Below, in pieces: positions 56,094 to 64,000 of a stretch of DNA of 64,000 nt. The translations under genes were made by a program, and so were the position numbers. Positions within the stretch are counted from its first letter, which is position 1. Each line of letters begins with the position of its first letter. The notes under the pieces are model-generated. The model was not told the DNA's origin. It did not search any database and was given only the letters and a program-made list of their open reading frames with translations. Origin of the DNA: Eledone cirrhosa (lineage: Eukaryota); assembly GCA_964016885.1 (NCBI GenBank), contig OZ024743.1, forward strand, positions 124,682,001 through 124,746,000, given 5' to 3'.

Positions 56094-57479
56094 TATATAT
56101 CCTTCTTACTACCAATTTCCCAACCTATAGGGAAGACAAAGTCTTTCTGTTGAGACTAAAACTGACAACCTCTCTAATGCTGGTACCACAAAAAAATGTA
56201 CATACTGTAAGGAGGTTGATGACAGGAAGGGCATCCATCTGTAGAAAGCATGCCAGTTATGTCAAAGATATGACAACCACTTTAGTGTTTTCATAAGAAG
56301 GGCATCCAACCATAGAAAATTTAGCACACACAAGTTCATGGAAATTCTTCAGTTATATCCAAGACAACCTCCCTGTTGCTGTGATCAATTGCGTAATCCA
56401 TAGAGTGCGAGGAACATATGTAAGCAAGATACAGATCCCCAGCCCATTTGAGATGTCAGTAGTTCCAATAAATTACTGGCTTGGCCTGTGACAACTCACC
56501 CAACCCTTGCCAACAGCAAAAACGAGTATTAAATGTTGATGATAATGATGATGAAATTTATTGATAAGGAATTTTTCATTTTATTCATATTACGTAGGTA
56601 ACTAACTATTCAAAGCTAAAATGATATTTTAAAGGGAGTGGAAAGATTTGAAAATCATTTACTGAGAAACCAAAATGCTAAATCAACATGTGGAAAACAA
56701 TTTTTTATGATAAAAACATTAAGAAAATATAGGCCTATAGGAAGTATGTATACTTAATAAGAACAAATATAGTTTATAGGAATGTAAAATGATTGCATTT
56801 CTATGGCAATTTAAAAGACTATGCGATAAATCTTTACTGTAGAAGCCATGTAAAGTTTTGATAACATATATTCATTTAGTGTGAGTGACCCAATTTAAAT
56901 TGAAAAAACAATATACAGTCTCTCTGTGACCACACACACACATATATATATATATACACACATATATATAAACATATATACACACATGCATTATATCTAT
57001 ACATATATATAAAGGTACATATAGATATATGTATTTATATACATACATATATACATACACATCATCATCATCATCATCATCATCACCGTTTTACGTCCGT
57101 TCTTCCACGCTAGCATGGGTTAGACGGGTTGTCCTGTTGTGGGCAGTGTCTGGTCGGCTGACCATGCCTTGCTCATACAGGAACTGATCTGGCTTGATTT
57201 CTACAGCTGGATGCCCTTCCTAACACCAACCTCATTTACAGTGAGTGCTGGGTGCTTTTTCGTGGCGCCTACACGTCCACTTTACAGTGTGGGCTGGGTG
57301 CTTTTTTGCCGTGGCACCTCCACGACCACCTTGCAGTGGGAGGGTGTGGGGGCATATTGTTTATATGCTTCAGCATGTACCCATGGGAGGTCGGGTACCC
57401 TGTATTACTGTGTGACGCCAGAAGTCACGGTCGTGTGTCATTGACTTTGAGAGGTGCATGTACATACATATATACATAC

Positions 57480-57524
<45 letters not shown>

Positions 57525-58604
57525 CATACATATACATAGAGAGATTGGGAGCTACCAGTTTAGAATAGTAAGTACTCGATAATTGGGGAAGTAGAGTGTA
57601 TATATAGTGAAAAGTTTGTGTCCGACAGCAGAGCTCATGCCATTTCAATGGTGAGTGGATATATATTCCTGTATGTATATTTCAGTGAAAGTAGAGAATC
57701 AACCATGGCCTGCCGGTTTCGGCCAGTTCTAAGCACATATGTACAGTGTGGAGTAGATAAATCCGGAAAAAATTCATGGATAATAAAAAACAGCATTTTT
57801 ATATAACAAATTAATATAGTTCAATAAAGCTTTATACACAGCCACATATATCTGGTACAAAAATCTCTCAATGTGGCCACTACTTTTTCTAGGTGAGACT
57901 GGAAGCTGGAGCAGGCCTTGGTGATGGCGTCTCTGTCCACGGCATCCCTGATGGCTGCCTTGAAAGCCTCCTTGGTGTTGTAGGGCCTGCTGTTCACCTC
58001 CCTCTCCAAGATGCTCCATACAAAATAGTTGAGAGAATTACAGACTGGCGATATGGGAGGGTCATAAGTTGGACGACCTGTGGCACATTTGTGACAAGCC
58101 AGATCTGGGTGGTCCAGGCCTTGCGGGCAGGGGGTGGAGTTCTGTTGAAAGATGTTGGGGCAACCATTAGCCACCCTATCCATTCAAGATTTGACATGCT
58201 CACCCAGGAGTCTTATGTGGCCATTGGCACCAAGGCAGAGGCTGCCGGGGACAACGACAGGTGTCTTGGTGGCGCCAGAACACTTCTTATAAGTCTTGCG
58301 ATCTTGTCTGAAATTATCCTTGTTATCTGAGGCCTCATAAGCCTTTGCAAGGTCGTAGACCATGGTTTTAAGGTGTTTAAACCATTCAATGATTTCCTTG
58401 GCTTTGTGATTGGTGCAAAGGCTCTCCAAAACAGCAGCTCGACAATCATATTCTGAAGACATGTCAATTACTAAGCACCTTGTGTATCAATGGCTAGACA
58501 GCTACTGAGGTGTAGTACTTTCTAATGGCGCGCACGAAACCTCACTATGTTGTGATGTCATGACACTGTTGCCATGTAAAAATTCTGGGTTTATCTGCGC
58601 CACA

Positions 58605-58679
<75 letters not shown>

Positions 58680-59611
58680 CACATGGCTTAGTGGTTAGAG
58701 CATTGGGCTTGCAATCGAAAGGTTGTGAGTTCAATTCTCGGATGTGTGATGTGTTGTTTCCTCGAGCAAGACACTTTATTTCACATTGCTCCAGTTTACT
58801 CAGCTGTAGAAATGAGATGATAGGACTGGGGTCCCTATCATTCCACTGCAAAGTGGTCATGGAAGTGCCACGGCAAAAAAAAAAAAAAGCACCCAGCACT
58901 CACTGTAAATGAGGTTGGTGTTAGGAAGGGCATCCAGCTGTAGAAATCAAGCCAGAATCAGTTCCCGAAGGAGCAAGCCAAGGTCAGCCGACCGGACACT
59001 GCCCACAACAGGACAACCCGTCTAACCCATGCTAGCGTGGAACAACGGATGGGTGATGATGATGATGATATATATATATACTCTCAGGAAACCAGCATCC
59101 AACACCACAGGCCAAGCCCTGACATGGAACCCTCAGGGAAGAGAGGCTGGTCCAGTGGCAGCTGGAGGTGTGACACTGAGGCTGAATTAAGAAAGCTGGA
59201 AGCCAACTGGAGTGGAGAGGCGAAAGCAGCCCAGGGTTGTGTATGTGTGTGTGTGTGTGTGTGTGTATATATAATATATATATTTATGTATATGTATACA
59301 TATAAATTTATTTATTTATATATATGTATACATATAAATTTATTTATTTATATATATGTGTGTATATATATGTATATATACACCATTCTAATATATATAT
59401 ACACACACACACACACAAACACACATATATATACATATATACACACATATATATGTGTGCGTGTGTGTGCGTGTAAAAGCCAAATGTCAACCACAACACA
59501 GATAAGTGTTTACAGGTATAGACAAACAAACATATAAATGTCAACTGATACATACTTCTCTGTGACAAATGATCCGCCGGGGATGCGGAGCTTCTTTCTG
59601 CAACTGATATA
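14973..59611 (-). CDS. CHN1: Chimaerin (SH2-C1-RacGAP; alpha2/beta2-chimaerin type), 11 coding exons, 5'-partial
   Basis: Spliced minus-strand exons 59611-59556, 46503-46472, 45348-45235, 42486-42183, 34044-33982, 30143-30059, 23141-22968, 22283-22206, 19992-19855, 17917-17806, 15141-14973 total 1325 nt and stay in frame with GT-AG sites. The translation has [15 protein letters not shown], an SH2, a C1 zinc finger and a RhoGAP. It is probably the co-ortholog of vertebrate CHN1 and CHN2. Confidence 0.96.
15870..16690 (-). mobile_element. Cluster of four family-A SINEs of differing divergence
   Basis: ggcacaag...ggtactttat...gatttgaactcaga motif repeated. Confidence 0.8.
17806..17917 (-). CDS. 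CHN1: Chimaerin exon, RhoGAP
   Basis: [38 protein letters not shown]; 112 nt. Confidence 0.94.
19645..19825 (-). mobile_element. Young family-A SINE with 22-bp TSD
   Basis: aaagtgataaataataaataat at 19623-19644 and 19826-19847. Confidence 0.9.
19855..19992 (-). CDS. CHN1: Chimaerin exon, RhoGAP
   Basis: [46 protein letters not shown]; 138 nt. Confidence 0.96.
20973..21366 (+). mobile_element. Full-length family-B SINE (tRNA head, CORE/V-like centre, RTE-type (GAT)n tail)
   Basis: tggcttagtgg A-box, gagttcaattc B-box, tgtgtccttgagcaag; TSD ataatttaacat at 20957 and 21367. Confidence 0.9.
21936..22132. mobile_element. piggyBac-type MITE
   Basis: TTAA|CCCTTTAGCATTT ... AAATGCTAAAGGG|TTAA; related copy at 61512-61732. 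Confidence 0.85.
22206..22283 (-). CDS. CHN1: Chimaerin exon, RhoGAP arginine finger
   Basis: [26 protein letters not shown]; 78 nt; catalytic Arg in GMYRVAG. Confidence 0.95.
22677..22920. mobile_element. hAT (Charlie-like) MITE
   Basis: TIRs cagaagttctcaaa / tttaagaacctcta; 8-bp TSD TTTTAAAG at 22669-22676 and 22921-22928. Confidence 0.85.
22968..23141 (-). CDS. CHN1: Chimaerin exon, end of C1 and start of RhoGAP
   Basis: [58 protein letters not shown]; 174 nt. Confidence 0.96.
23382..23634. mobile_element. TTAA-flanked MITE, second family
   Basis: TTAA|tcctttcgctac ... gttaacaaaaggg|TTAA; a degenerate relative lies near 41925-42135. Confidence 0.55.
25718..25902 (+). mobile_element. Family-A SINE
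   Basis: Near-identical to 1609-1798. Confidence 0.9.
25930..26230 (+). mobile_element. RTE-clade LINE 3' end remnant
   Basis: attgagagatcacagctccggtactatgggcatgtggttagaatg translates to [15 protein letters not shown]; (gaa)n/(gat)n tail. Confidence 0.7.
28170..28720 (+). mobile_element. Highly decayed RTE fragment
   Basis: Similar to 53450-54050 (gatagcttcggttactta, ttatatgatgcc, ttacactggtatggaca). Confidence 0.6.
28810..29245 (+). mobile_element. CR1/Jockey-group LINE 5' fragment with AP-endonuclease start
   Basis: [16 protein letters not shown]...LETHIS...[19 protein letters not shown] resembles the EEP motifs N..GL / ET / GGV..YV. Confidence 0.55.
30059..30143 (-). CDS. CHN1: Chimaerin exon, C1 domain core
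   Basis: [28 protein letters not shown]; 85 nt, ttgcag/gtaagt. Confidence 0.96.
32615..33135. repeat. Degenerate minisatellite of about 20 bp (tacctttactaattacagta)
   Basis: About 20 imperfect copies, interrupted by (TA)n. Confidence 0.85.
33245..33750. repeat. Minisatellite of about 30 bp (catcaaacaattatttgaggggagaggatga)
   Basis: About 17 imperfect copies; source of the repetitive ORF 33208-33495. Confidence 0.9.
33982..34044 (-). CDS. CHN1: Chimaerin exon, linker and start of C1
   Basis: [21 protein letters not shown]; 63 nt, ttccag/gtagga; supplies the first His of the C1 domain. Confidence 0.9.
34200..35100 (-). mobile_element. Tx1/L1-like LINE 3' fragment (zf-RVT region)
   Basis: [46 protein letters not shown]. 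Confidence 0.6.
35124..35470 (+). mobile_element. Family-B SINE
   Basis: Near-identical to 20973-21366 with an internal deletion. Confidence 0.9.
40234..40487 (-). mobile_element. Short non-autonomous Helitron-like element
   Basis: Minus strand starts A|TCTACTAATAT and ends CAGCTAG|T. Confidence 0.5.
42183..42486 (-). CDS. CHN1: Chimaerin exon, SH2 C-half plus linker
   Basis: [47 protein letters not shown]...SSDEQ; 304 nt open frame, AG/GT. Confidence 0.95.
44910..45125 (-). mobile_element. Family-B variant SINE embedded in (TA)-rich sequence
   Basis: Reverse complement of 2738-2942. Confidence 0.85.
45235..45348 (-). CDS. CHN1: Chimaerin exon, SH2 N-half
   Basis: [38 protein letters not shown]; 114 nt, AG/GT. 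Confidence 0.95.
45660..46140 (-). mobile_element. CR1/Jockey-group LINE 3' end
   Basis: [27 protein letters not shown] resembles the C-terminal SF.PRT..LWN.LP..VFP motif. Confidence 0.7.
46472..46503 (-). CDS. CHN1: Chimaerin 32-nt micro-exon [11 protein letters not shown]
   Basis: Acceptor tttcag, donor gtaagt; phase 0 to 2 bridges its neighbours; resembles VENRPKYYGRE. Confidence 0.9.
48183..48782 (+). mobile_element. SINE-related element with 53-bp internal tandem units and an inverted SINE tail inserted at about 48385-48560
   Basis: cccagtccatcctgt..ggtcatgct..accacaa units; gaagggcat tail; inverted cagctggatgcccttcctaacacc. Confidence 0.65.
50011..50230 (+). mobile_element. Family-A SINE (long-tail subtype)
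   Basis: Head and core as at 1609; tail gtcgatttaatcgactttcccctcccc as in 475-697. Confidence 0.9.
50850..51850 (-). mobile_element. CRE-like non-LTR retrotransposon 3' fragment with restriction-like endonuclease (frameshifted)
   Basis: [55 protein letters not shown] (RH..., KRPD, D.T); GC-rich; A/T-rich tail at about 50750-50830. Confidence 0.85.
52030..54120 (+). mobile_element. RTE (BovB-like) LINE RT region, pseudogenised
   Basis: [63 protein letters not shown]; several frameshifts. Confidence 0.92.
52318..52784. mobile_element. hAT (Charlie-like) MITE nested in the RTE
   Basis: TIR cacaggttctcaa / ttgagaacctttg; exact 8-bp TSD TACTAGAG (52310-52317, 52785-52792). Confidence 0.93.
54872..55795 (-). 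mobile_element. RTE LINE 3' fragment with SINE-B-like (GAT)n tail
   Basis: [16 protein letters not shown]...[13 protein letters not shown]...GRPRKTW; 3' end shares gaagggcatcca with family-B SINEs. Confidence 0.9.
55811..56039. repeat. Fold-back with 56-bp arms and a hammerhead-like core (Penelope pLTR-like)
   Basis: 55811-55866 is the reverse complement of 55984-56039; CTGATGA at 55961. Confidence 0.7.
57060..57345 (-). mobile_element. Family-B SINE / RTE-tail element, inverted relative to 58679-59068
   Basis: (cat)n tail, cagctggatgcccttcctaacaccaacctc. Confidence 0.88.
57744..58605 (-). mobile_element. Decayed, internally deleted Tc1/mariner (maT/DD37D-like) transposon
   Basis: HTH-like N-terminus ([28 protein letters not shown]), [24 protein letters not shown]; imperfect TIRs gtgg.g.agataaa.cc, each flanked by TA. 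Confidence 0.8.
58679..59068 (+). mobile_element. Family-B SINE
   Basis: tRNA head, central domain, (gat)n tail; flanked by (TA)n. Confidence 0.9.
59556..59611 (-). CDS. CHN1: Chimaerin exon, N-terminal segment (x)[18 protein letters not shown]
   Basis: 56 nt; acceptor tttctgcag, donor gtatgt; resembles vertebrate [16 protein letters not shown]. Confidence 0.93.
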
Positions 59612-59747
59612 CTGCAGAAAAGAAAAATAAGAAAAAAAAAATATTATTAAAACAGGAATAGTTTAAAACAATTATTAAAAAAAATACTAATGAACATAAA
59701 TGATGTAAAAATATATACAATTACTTCTAAATGACATTAATAAAATT

Positions 59748-59935
59748 TGGATTGGCAGTATCGGTAGAGGGGCGGACGCCATGCTTTGCAGCAAAGAGTT
59801 ACGGCCCTTTATGGTCTGAGTTTAAATCCCGCCGAGGTTAACTTTGCCTTTCATCCTTACGGGGGTTGATAAAATAAAGTACCAGTAATACACTGGGTTA
59901 TTGCTGGCCTTGTGCCAAAAGTAGAAACAATTATT
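59748..59935 (+). mobile_element. Family-A SINE
   Basis: Near-identical to other young copies. Confidence 0.9.
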
Positions 59936-60122
59936 AAAACAATTTCAATAAATATTTATACAACTTGATTGATTTTTCAGAAAATGGTTTTAAATATTTT
60001 GTGAGCTTATTTCTAATGAAATACACTCCTTTTCAATTAATTAATGAAGAATTTTCAAGAATTTACAACAATTATTATTTCATTACAAAGATAGTGAGTT
60101 AGGATATCGTTCTTATATATAA

Positions 60123-61370
60123 CTAGCTGCAGTACCCGGTAATACCCGGGAAAGATGGGGTTATTCACAGTACCCAGGGTGCGCCTGAAAATGCTAGCGA
60201 CCCTGGGTGTTTATACTGGATTTTCAATAGCAACCTTTGCTAGGTGTGTATGGTAGATACATTTTTTGTGTAGAATTATTAATAGTTGTTTAAGTCATAA
60301 GTCCTTCTTCCATCCAGCATTCTTGATTCAGAGTGAATAAGCCGGGGAAGTTGGAGCTCGAAGAGTATCAAACTTATGTATAAGAATAGCAAACTTACTG
60401 CCTTAGCACTCAAGAACAAACACAGAACAATTGAGGAAGTCATCACAATTATTGGAGAAATTATAACCGAGTGAACATATTCAGGTACTGTTCAAGCACC
60501 CTGTATATCACCGTTTGTAAATCCCTTCGAATGACTGAAGCAATTCAATAAAACCATCCTGTTTTCCCTCTATAGTAGACATAACCCGAGAAAACACACC
60601 ATAATAAGTCGGATAAACAATCAGAAGTGTTGGCCCTAAAGAGGGCCTTGTAACGTTCACTGTTGCAAAGTTTCAATAATGGGGGAGAAGTTATATCTTC
60701 TTAATTGGTGTTAATCTTCCAACGATCCGACACCTCAAAATATCGACAAAATAAACTCTACTCTCAAAGACGGCATGTTACAATTAACATGTAGAGAGTA
60801 CGAATATTCGTCAATATACGATTTGGGTTTTATTCTTTGGACTAATCTCATGGTAAGCCAACTTTCAGGTCATTGATCATCACACGTTTTTGTAACTTAT
60901 CACCGATTGGTGCAGTTGACCTTAATGTGACCTAAGTGTGTGCACGTGTTCAGAATCCATATCAGTGGATGCGATATATATATATATATACAGAGACATC
61001 TGTTCAGTCATCAACCAAAATAAGATTGTCGTCTGCTTTGTTTGAAATTTCTTTACGTATATTTCTAATAAGTTGTTGCCTCGTTTTGGAGGACTGAGTT
61101 GTGGGAGGAAGAAGAGGAGTAGGAGGGAGGGTTCAACATACAGTAGTGGTATCTCCTCTTCCCCCTCTCTCATTGAAATGTCTTCTCTTTCCTCCTCCAT
61201 TATAAAGATGTCCCCAGGGGTTCCATTATTGATTTTTTATTGAAATCCAATTAGCCAATCCTGTTTCTGAATATTAGCTTAATATGTGTGCAAAGTTTCA
61301 TCAGAATCAGATCACTGGTGTAGGCGCCAACTGGTTACACACAGACATAAATTGCCATTTATATAGTAGA
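60123..61370 (-). mobile_element. Non-autonomous Helitron (about 1.25 kb)
   Basis: Minus strand 5' A|TCTACTATATAAA and 3' CCCGGGTATTACCGGG hairpin 8 nt before CTAG|T; no TSD. Confidence 0.8.
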
Positions 61371-61511
61371 TTATGTTGGTAGATTATAATTTCCAGGTCT
61401 GAACAGAGCTAATTTTTCAGGGTATCAAAAGGTTTAAGCATTTATGTTTCTTTAATATATTTTGTGTTATATAGAAGGATAATTTCCAAAGTCAGTGATT
61501 CTCAAACTTAA

Positions 61512-61732
61512 CCCTTCAGCATTTGCATTATTTTATATTTACTATTATATTTTCATGGTAAAGGCTTCACCTCAATTACATATCTCACATAATATCAAAT
61601 CTATGAGATTTTGATATTATTTATTTTGAGAACAATACCATAACATCAGTATGAGTGGTTGATTACAGCCAATTTGAACAGAAAGAGGTGGGAGAATGCT
61701 GGCCGGATAGGGCCAGTTTAAATGCTAAAGGG
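61512..61732. mobile_element. piggyBac-type MITE, opposite orientation to 21936-22132
   Basis: TTAA|CCCTTCAGCATTT ... AAATGCTAAAGGG|TTAA. Confidence 0.85.
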
Positions 61733-62486
61733 TTAAAGAGGAGAATGAAAATATATAATAAAAAAGTAAATGAACCTCTGTCAATATCAATGTTCCAATT
61801 GTTCAATTAACAGAATAGCCTAATTGTGTAATCAATGTATCAGTGTATTCCACAGATAAGTGTACCCTTTAACATAATTCTCAAGAAAATTCAGCATAGC
61901 AGTGTGTGACAAGATCAGCTCTTTGAATTACAGGAACAGTCCAGTCAATGGGCTTCTAAATAATTTATGTCAACCCACATCCACCCACAATACTTAGGTT
62001 GACCTGAAGTTATAGTAAAAAATACTTGCCAGAGATACCACATAATGGAATTGACACCAGAACCTCAAGATTGTGAAGCAAACTATATATATACGACATG
62101 TGTATAAAAAGCTTTGTTTTGTTTTATATATTTTGTCTATTTTCTCTTCACATTTATAATTGTTATATAGCTCTGACTAATTGATTATTTATTTAATTCT
62201 CTCAGACATTGAGCAAAACTGGTAAAGGAGGGACACCACACACTCACACATACCTATACATACATATATATGAATATGTCAATGTAGTTGGCGTTAGGAA
62301 GGTCATCCAGCCATAGAAAACCACAGCCAGAAACACCCCTATATGAGCGAGACACAGTCACCCGACACAACTTGCCTCTAAATGGGACCCGTTTAACTCA
62401 TGTTAGTGTGGAAGATGGATGTTAATCGATGATGATGATGATGTATCTATATATATATATCTGTATCTTATTATTATTTTATTCCA

Positions 62487-62692
62487 AGGGCGGTGGTTTG
62501 GCAGTATCGGTAGAGGGTCAGACGCCATGCTTTCCAGCATAGTTACGTCCCTTTACGACCTGAGCTCAAATCCCGCCGAGGTTAACTTTGCCTTTCATCC
62601 TTACGGGGTCGATAAAATAAAGTACCAGTAATGAACTGGGTAATTACCCAGTGCATTACAGGTACTTTGTGCCTAAAGTAGAAACAATTATT
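62487..62692 (+). mobile_element. Family-A SINE with a palindromic tail
   Basis: Standard head and core; tail contains an inverted duplication at 62619-62668. Confidence 0.9.
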
Positions 62693-63034
62693 ATTTTGTT
62701 CCAACTCCCTTAGAGTCAAGTAAATTTAGGCAGGTATTGGCTGCTTCTTCTAGCAATTATATTACTCCCCAAACGTCCAGCCTTTACCAATCTTCTGTGA
62801 TAATTCTCCCTCCGAAGAATTTTTCACTTGCAGCGGTCAATTTAGGAATTTGTCCATTCATTGAGGTCTCTTGAAAAGCCAATAACCACATGGCTTTGGT
62901 GCACTTTAGTTGCACTCAGCAAAACTGTACAGTCGGGACTTTGAAGAAAAAATTAGGTATATTTTATCTATATTCTCTTCACATTTTTAGTAATTATATA
63001 TATACTCACATAATAATATATATATATATATATA

Positions 63035-63197
63035 AAGTGGACGTGTAGGCTCCATGGAAAAAAAGCACCCAGCACTCACTGTAAATGAGTGTTAGGAAGG
63101 GCATCCAGCTGTAGAAATCAAGCCAGAATCAGTTCCCATCCCACCCTTGCAAGCAAGCAAGGAAAAGCGGATGTAAAATGATGATGATGATGATGAT
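63035..63197 (+). mobile_element. 5'-truncated family-B SINE
   Basis: aaagcacccagcactcactgtaaatgag...gaagggcatccagctgtagaaatc and (gat)n tail. Confidence 0.85.
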
Positions 63198-64000
63198 ATT
63201 ATATATATTATATTATGTGAGTAACTTGTAGTTACTAGCAGCAACGCTGATCGAAGCACTCATCAGTAGAAACTATGCAAAAATGGAATATATGAGCCTT
63301 GACATGGTCATCTGAACTCTCTAGTCCTAGAATGTGATAACCCATCCAACTCCATGTTAGCATGGGAAACAGTGATGAGAGGCTGTGTAATGGCTAAACA
63401 AGAAATGAAGAGGAATTAGATGTAGTGTGCAAAAGAGAATATTGCACTGGCATTGCCAAACATGTTATGTTTATGGATGATGTTGGTTGAATTAAAAAGT
63501 GCCAAGAGTTTCAAATGAAAGGAAAATATGGCAAAAGTGTTGAAAATTGATTTCAGAAAGCTGAACCCCACAAAAAAAAATGACAAGGGAGAGAGAAAAG
63601 TGCAAGGACACTGTGTTGAAGAGGAGTCATCTAACCCAGACAGGCATGGAAGATAACAAACAAAAATGATAATGATGATGATAATGGCATTTGTTTTTGT
63701 TTTTTTTATAAATATATATATATATATATATATATTCATTTCAAGAACGTCATTATTCCGTGTGTCATAATTCTCGATTATCATTGGTTCATAGGTTTCA
63801 AACGACTCCGCCCACCTCAACGACGCCAAACTGAAATTAATATGCATAATGCCAATGAGGGAGTGAGAGGGGAGAGTGTGAACGCTGTGTTCAATAACTA
63901 TTAACATGTGTGCGTGTGTATGTACTTGCGCGTATGTTTATGTGTGTGTGCGTGCGTGCAGGTTCCACAGAAAGTAAAAACTATCAACAAGTGTGGGTGT

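Noticed and set aside
59612-64000. Upstream chimaerin exon (P.WKSY-like) or promoter
   Set aside because: I found no matching exon with splice sites; it probably lies beyond the window. ORF 63416-63907 is low-complexity.

Overview
This is AT-rich, microsatellite-dense eukaryotic DNA. The repeat landscape (tRNA-headed SINEs with (GAT)n tails, RTE LINEs, abundant (TA)n/(CA)n) suggests a coleoid cephalopod such as Octopus; this is inference. One protein-coding gene is supported: a minus-strand SH2-C1-RhoGAP chimaerin (CHN1/CHN2 family). I reconstructed 11 coding exons by hand from 59611 down to the stop at 14973. All have GT-AG boundaries and consistent phases, giving about 441 aa; the first exon(s) probably lie beyond the window. 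The rest is intronic, UTR or intergenic and holds two main SINE families, fragments of RTE, CRE-like, CR1-like, Tx1/L1-like and Penelope-like retroelements, hAT and piggyBac-type MITEs with exact TSDs, non-autonomous Helitrons, a decayed maT/mariner, fold-back elements and minisatellites. Almost all supplied ORFs are microsatellite or TE artefacts. I cannot demonstrate a new biological system. The best leads are a tRNA-containing 260-bp tandem/inverted unit, a hammerhead-like fold-back, inverted SINE pairs that could form dsRNA next to exons, a 3'UTR hairpin, and a Pro11->Leu C1 domain.
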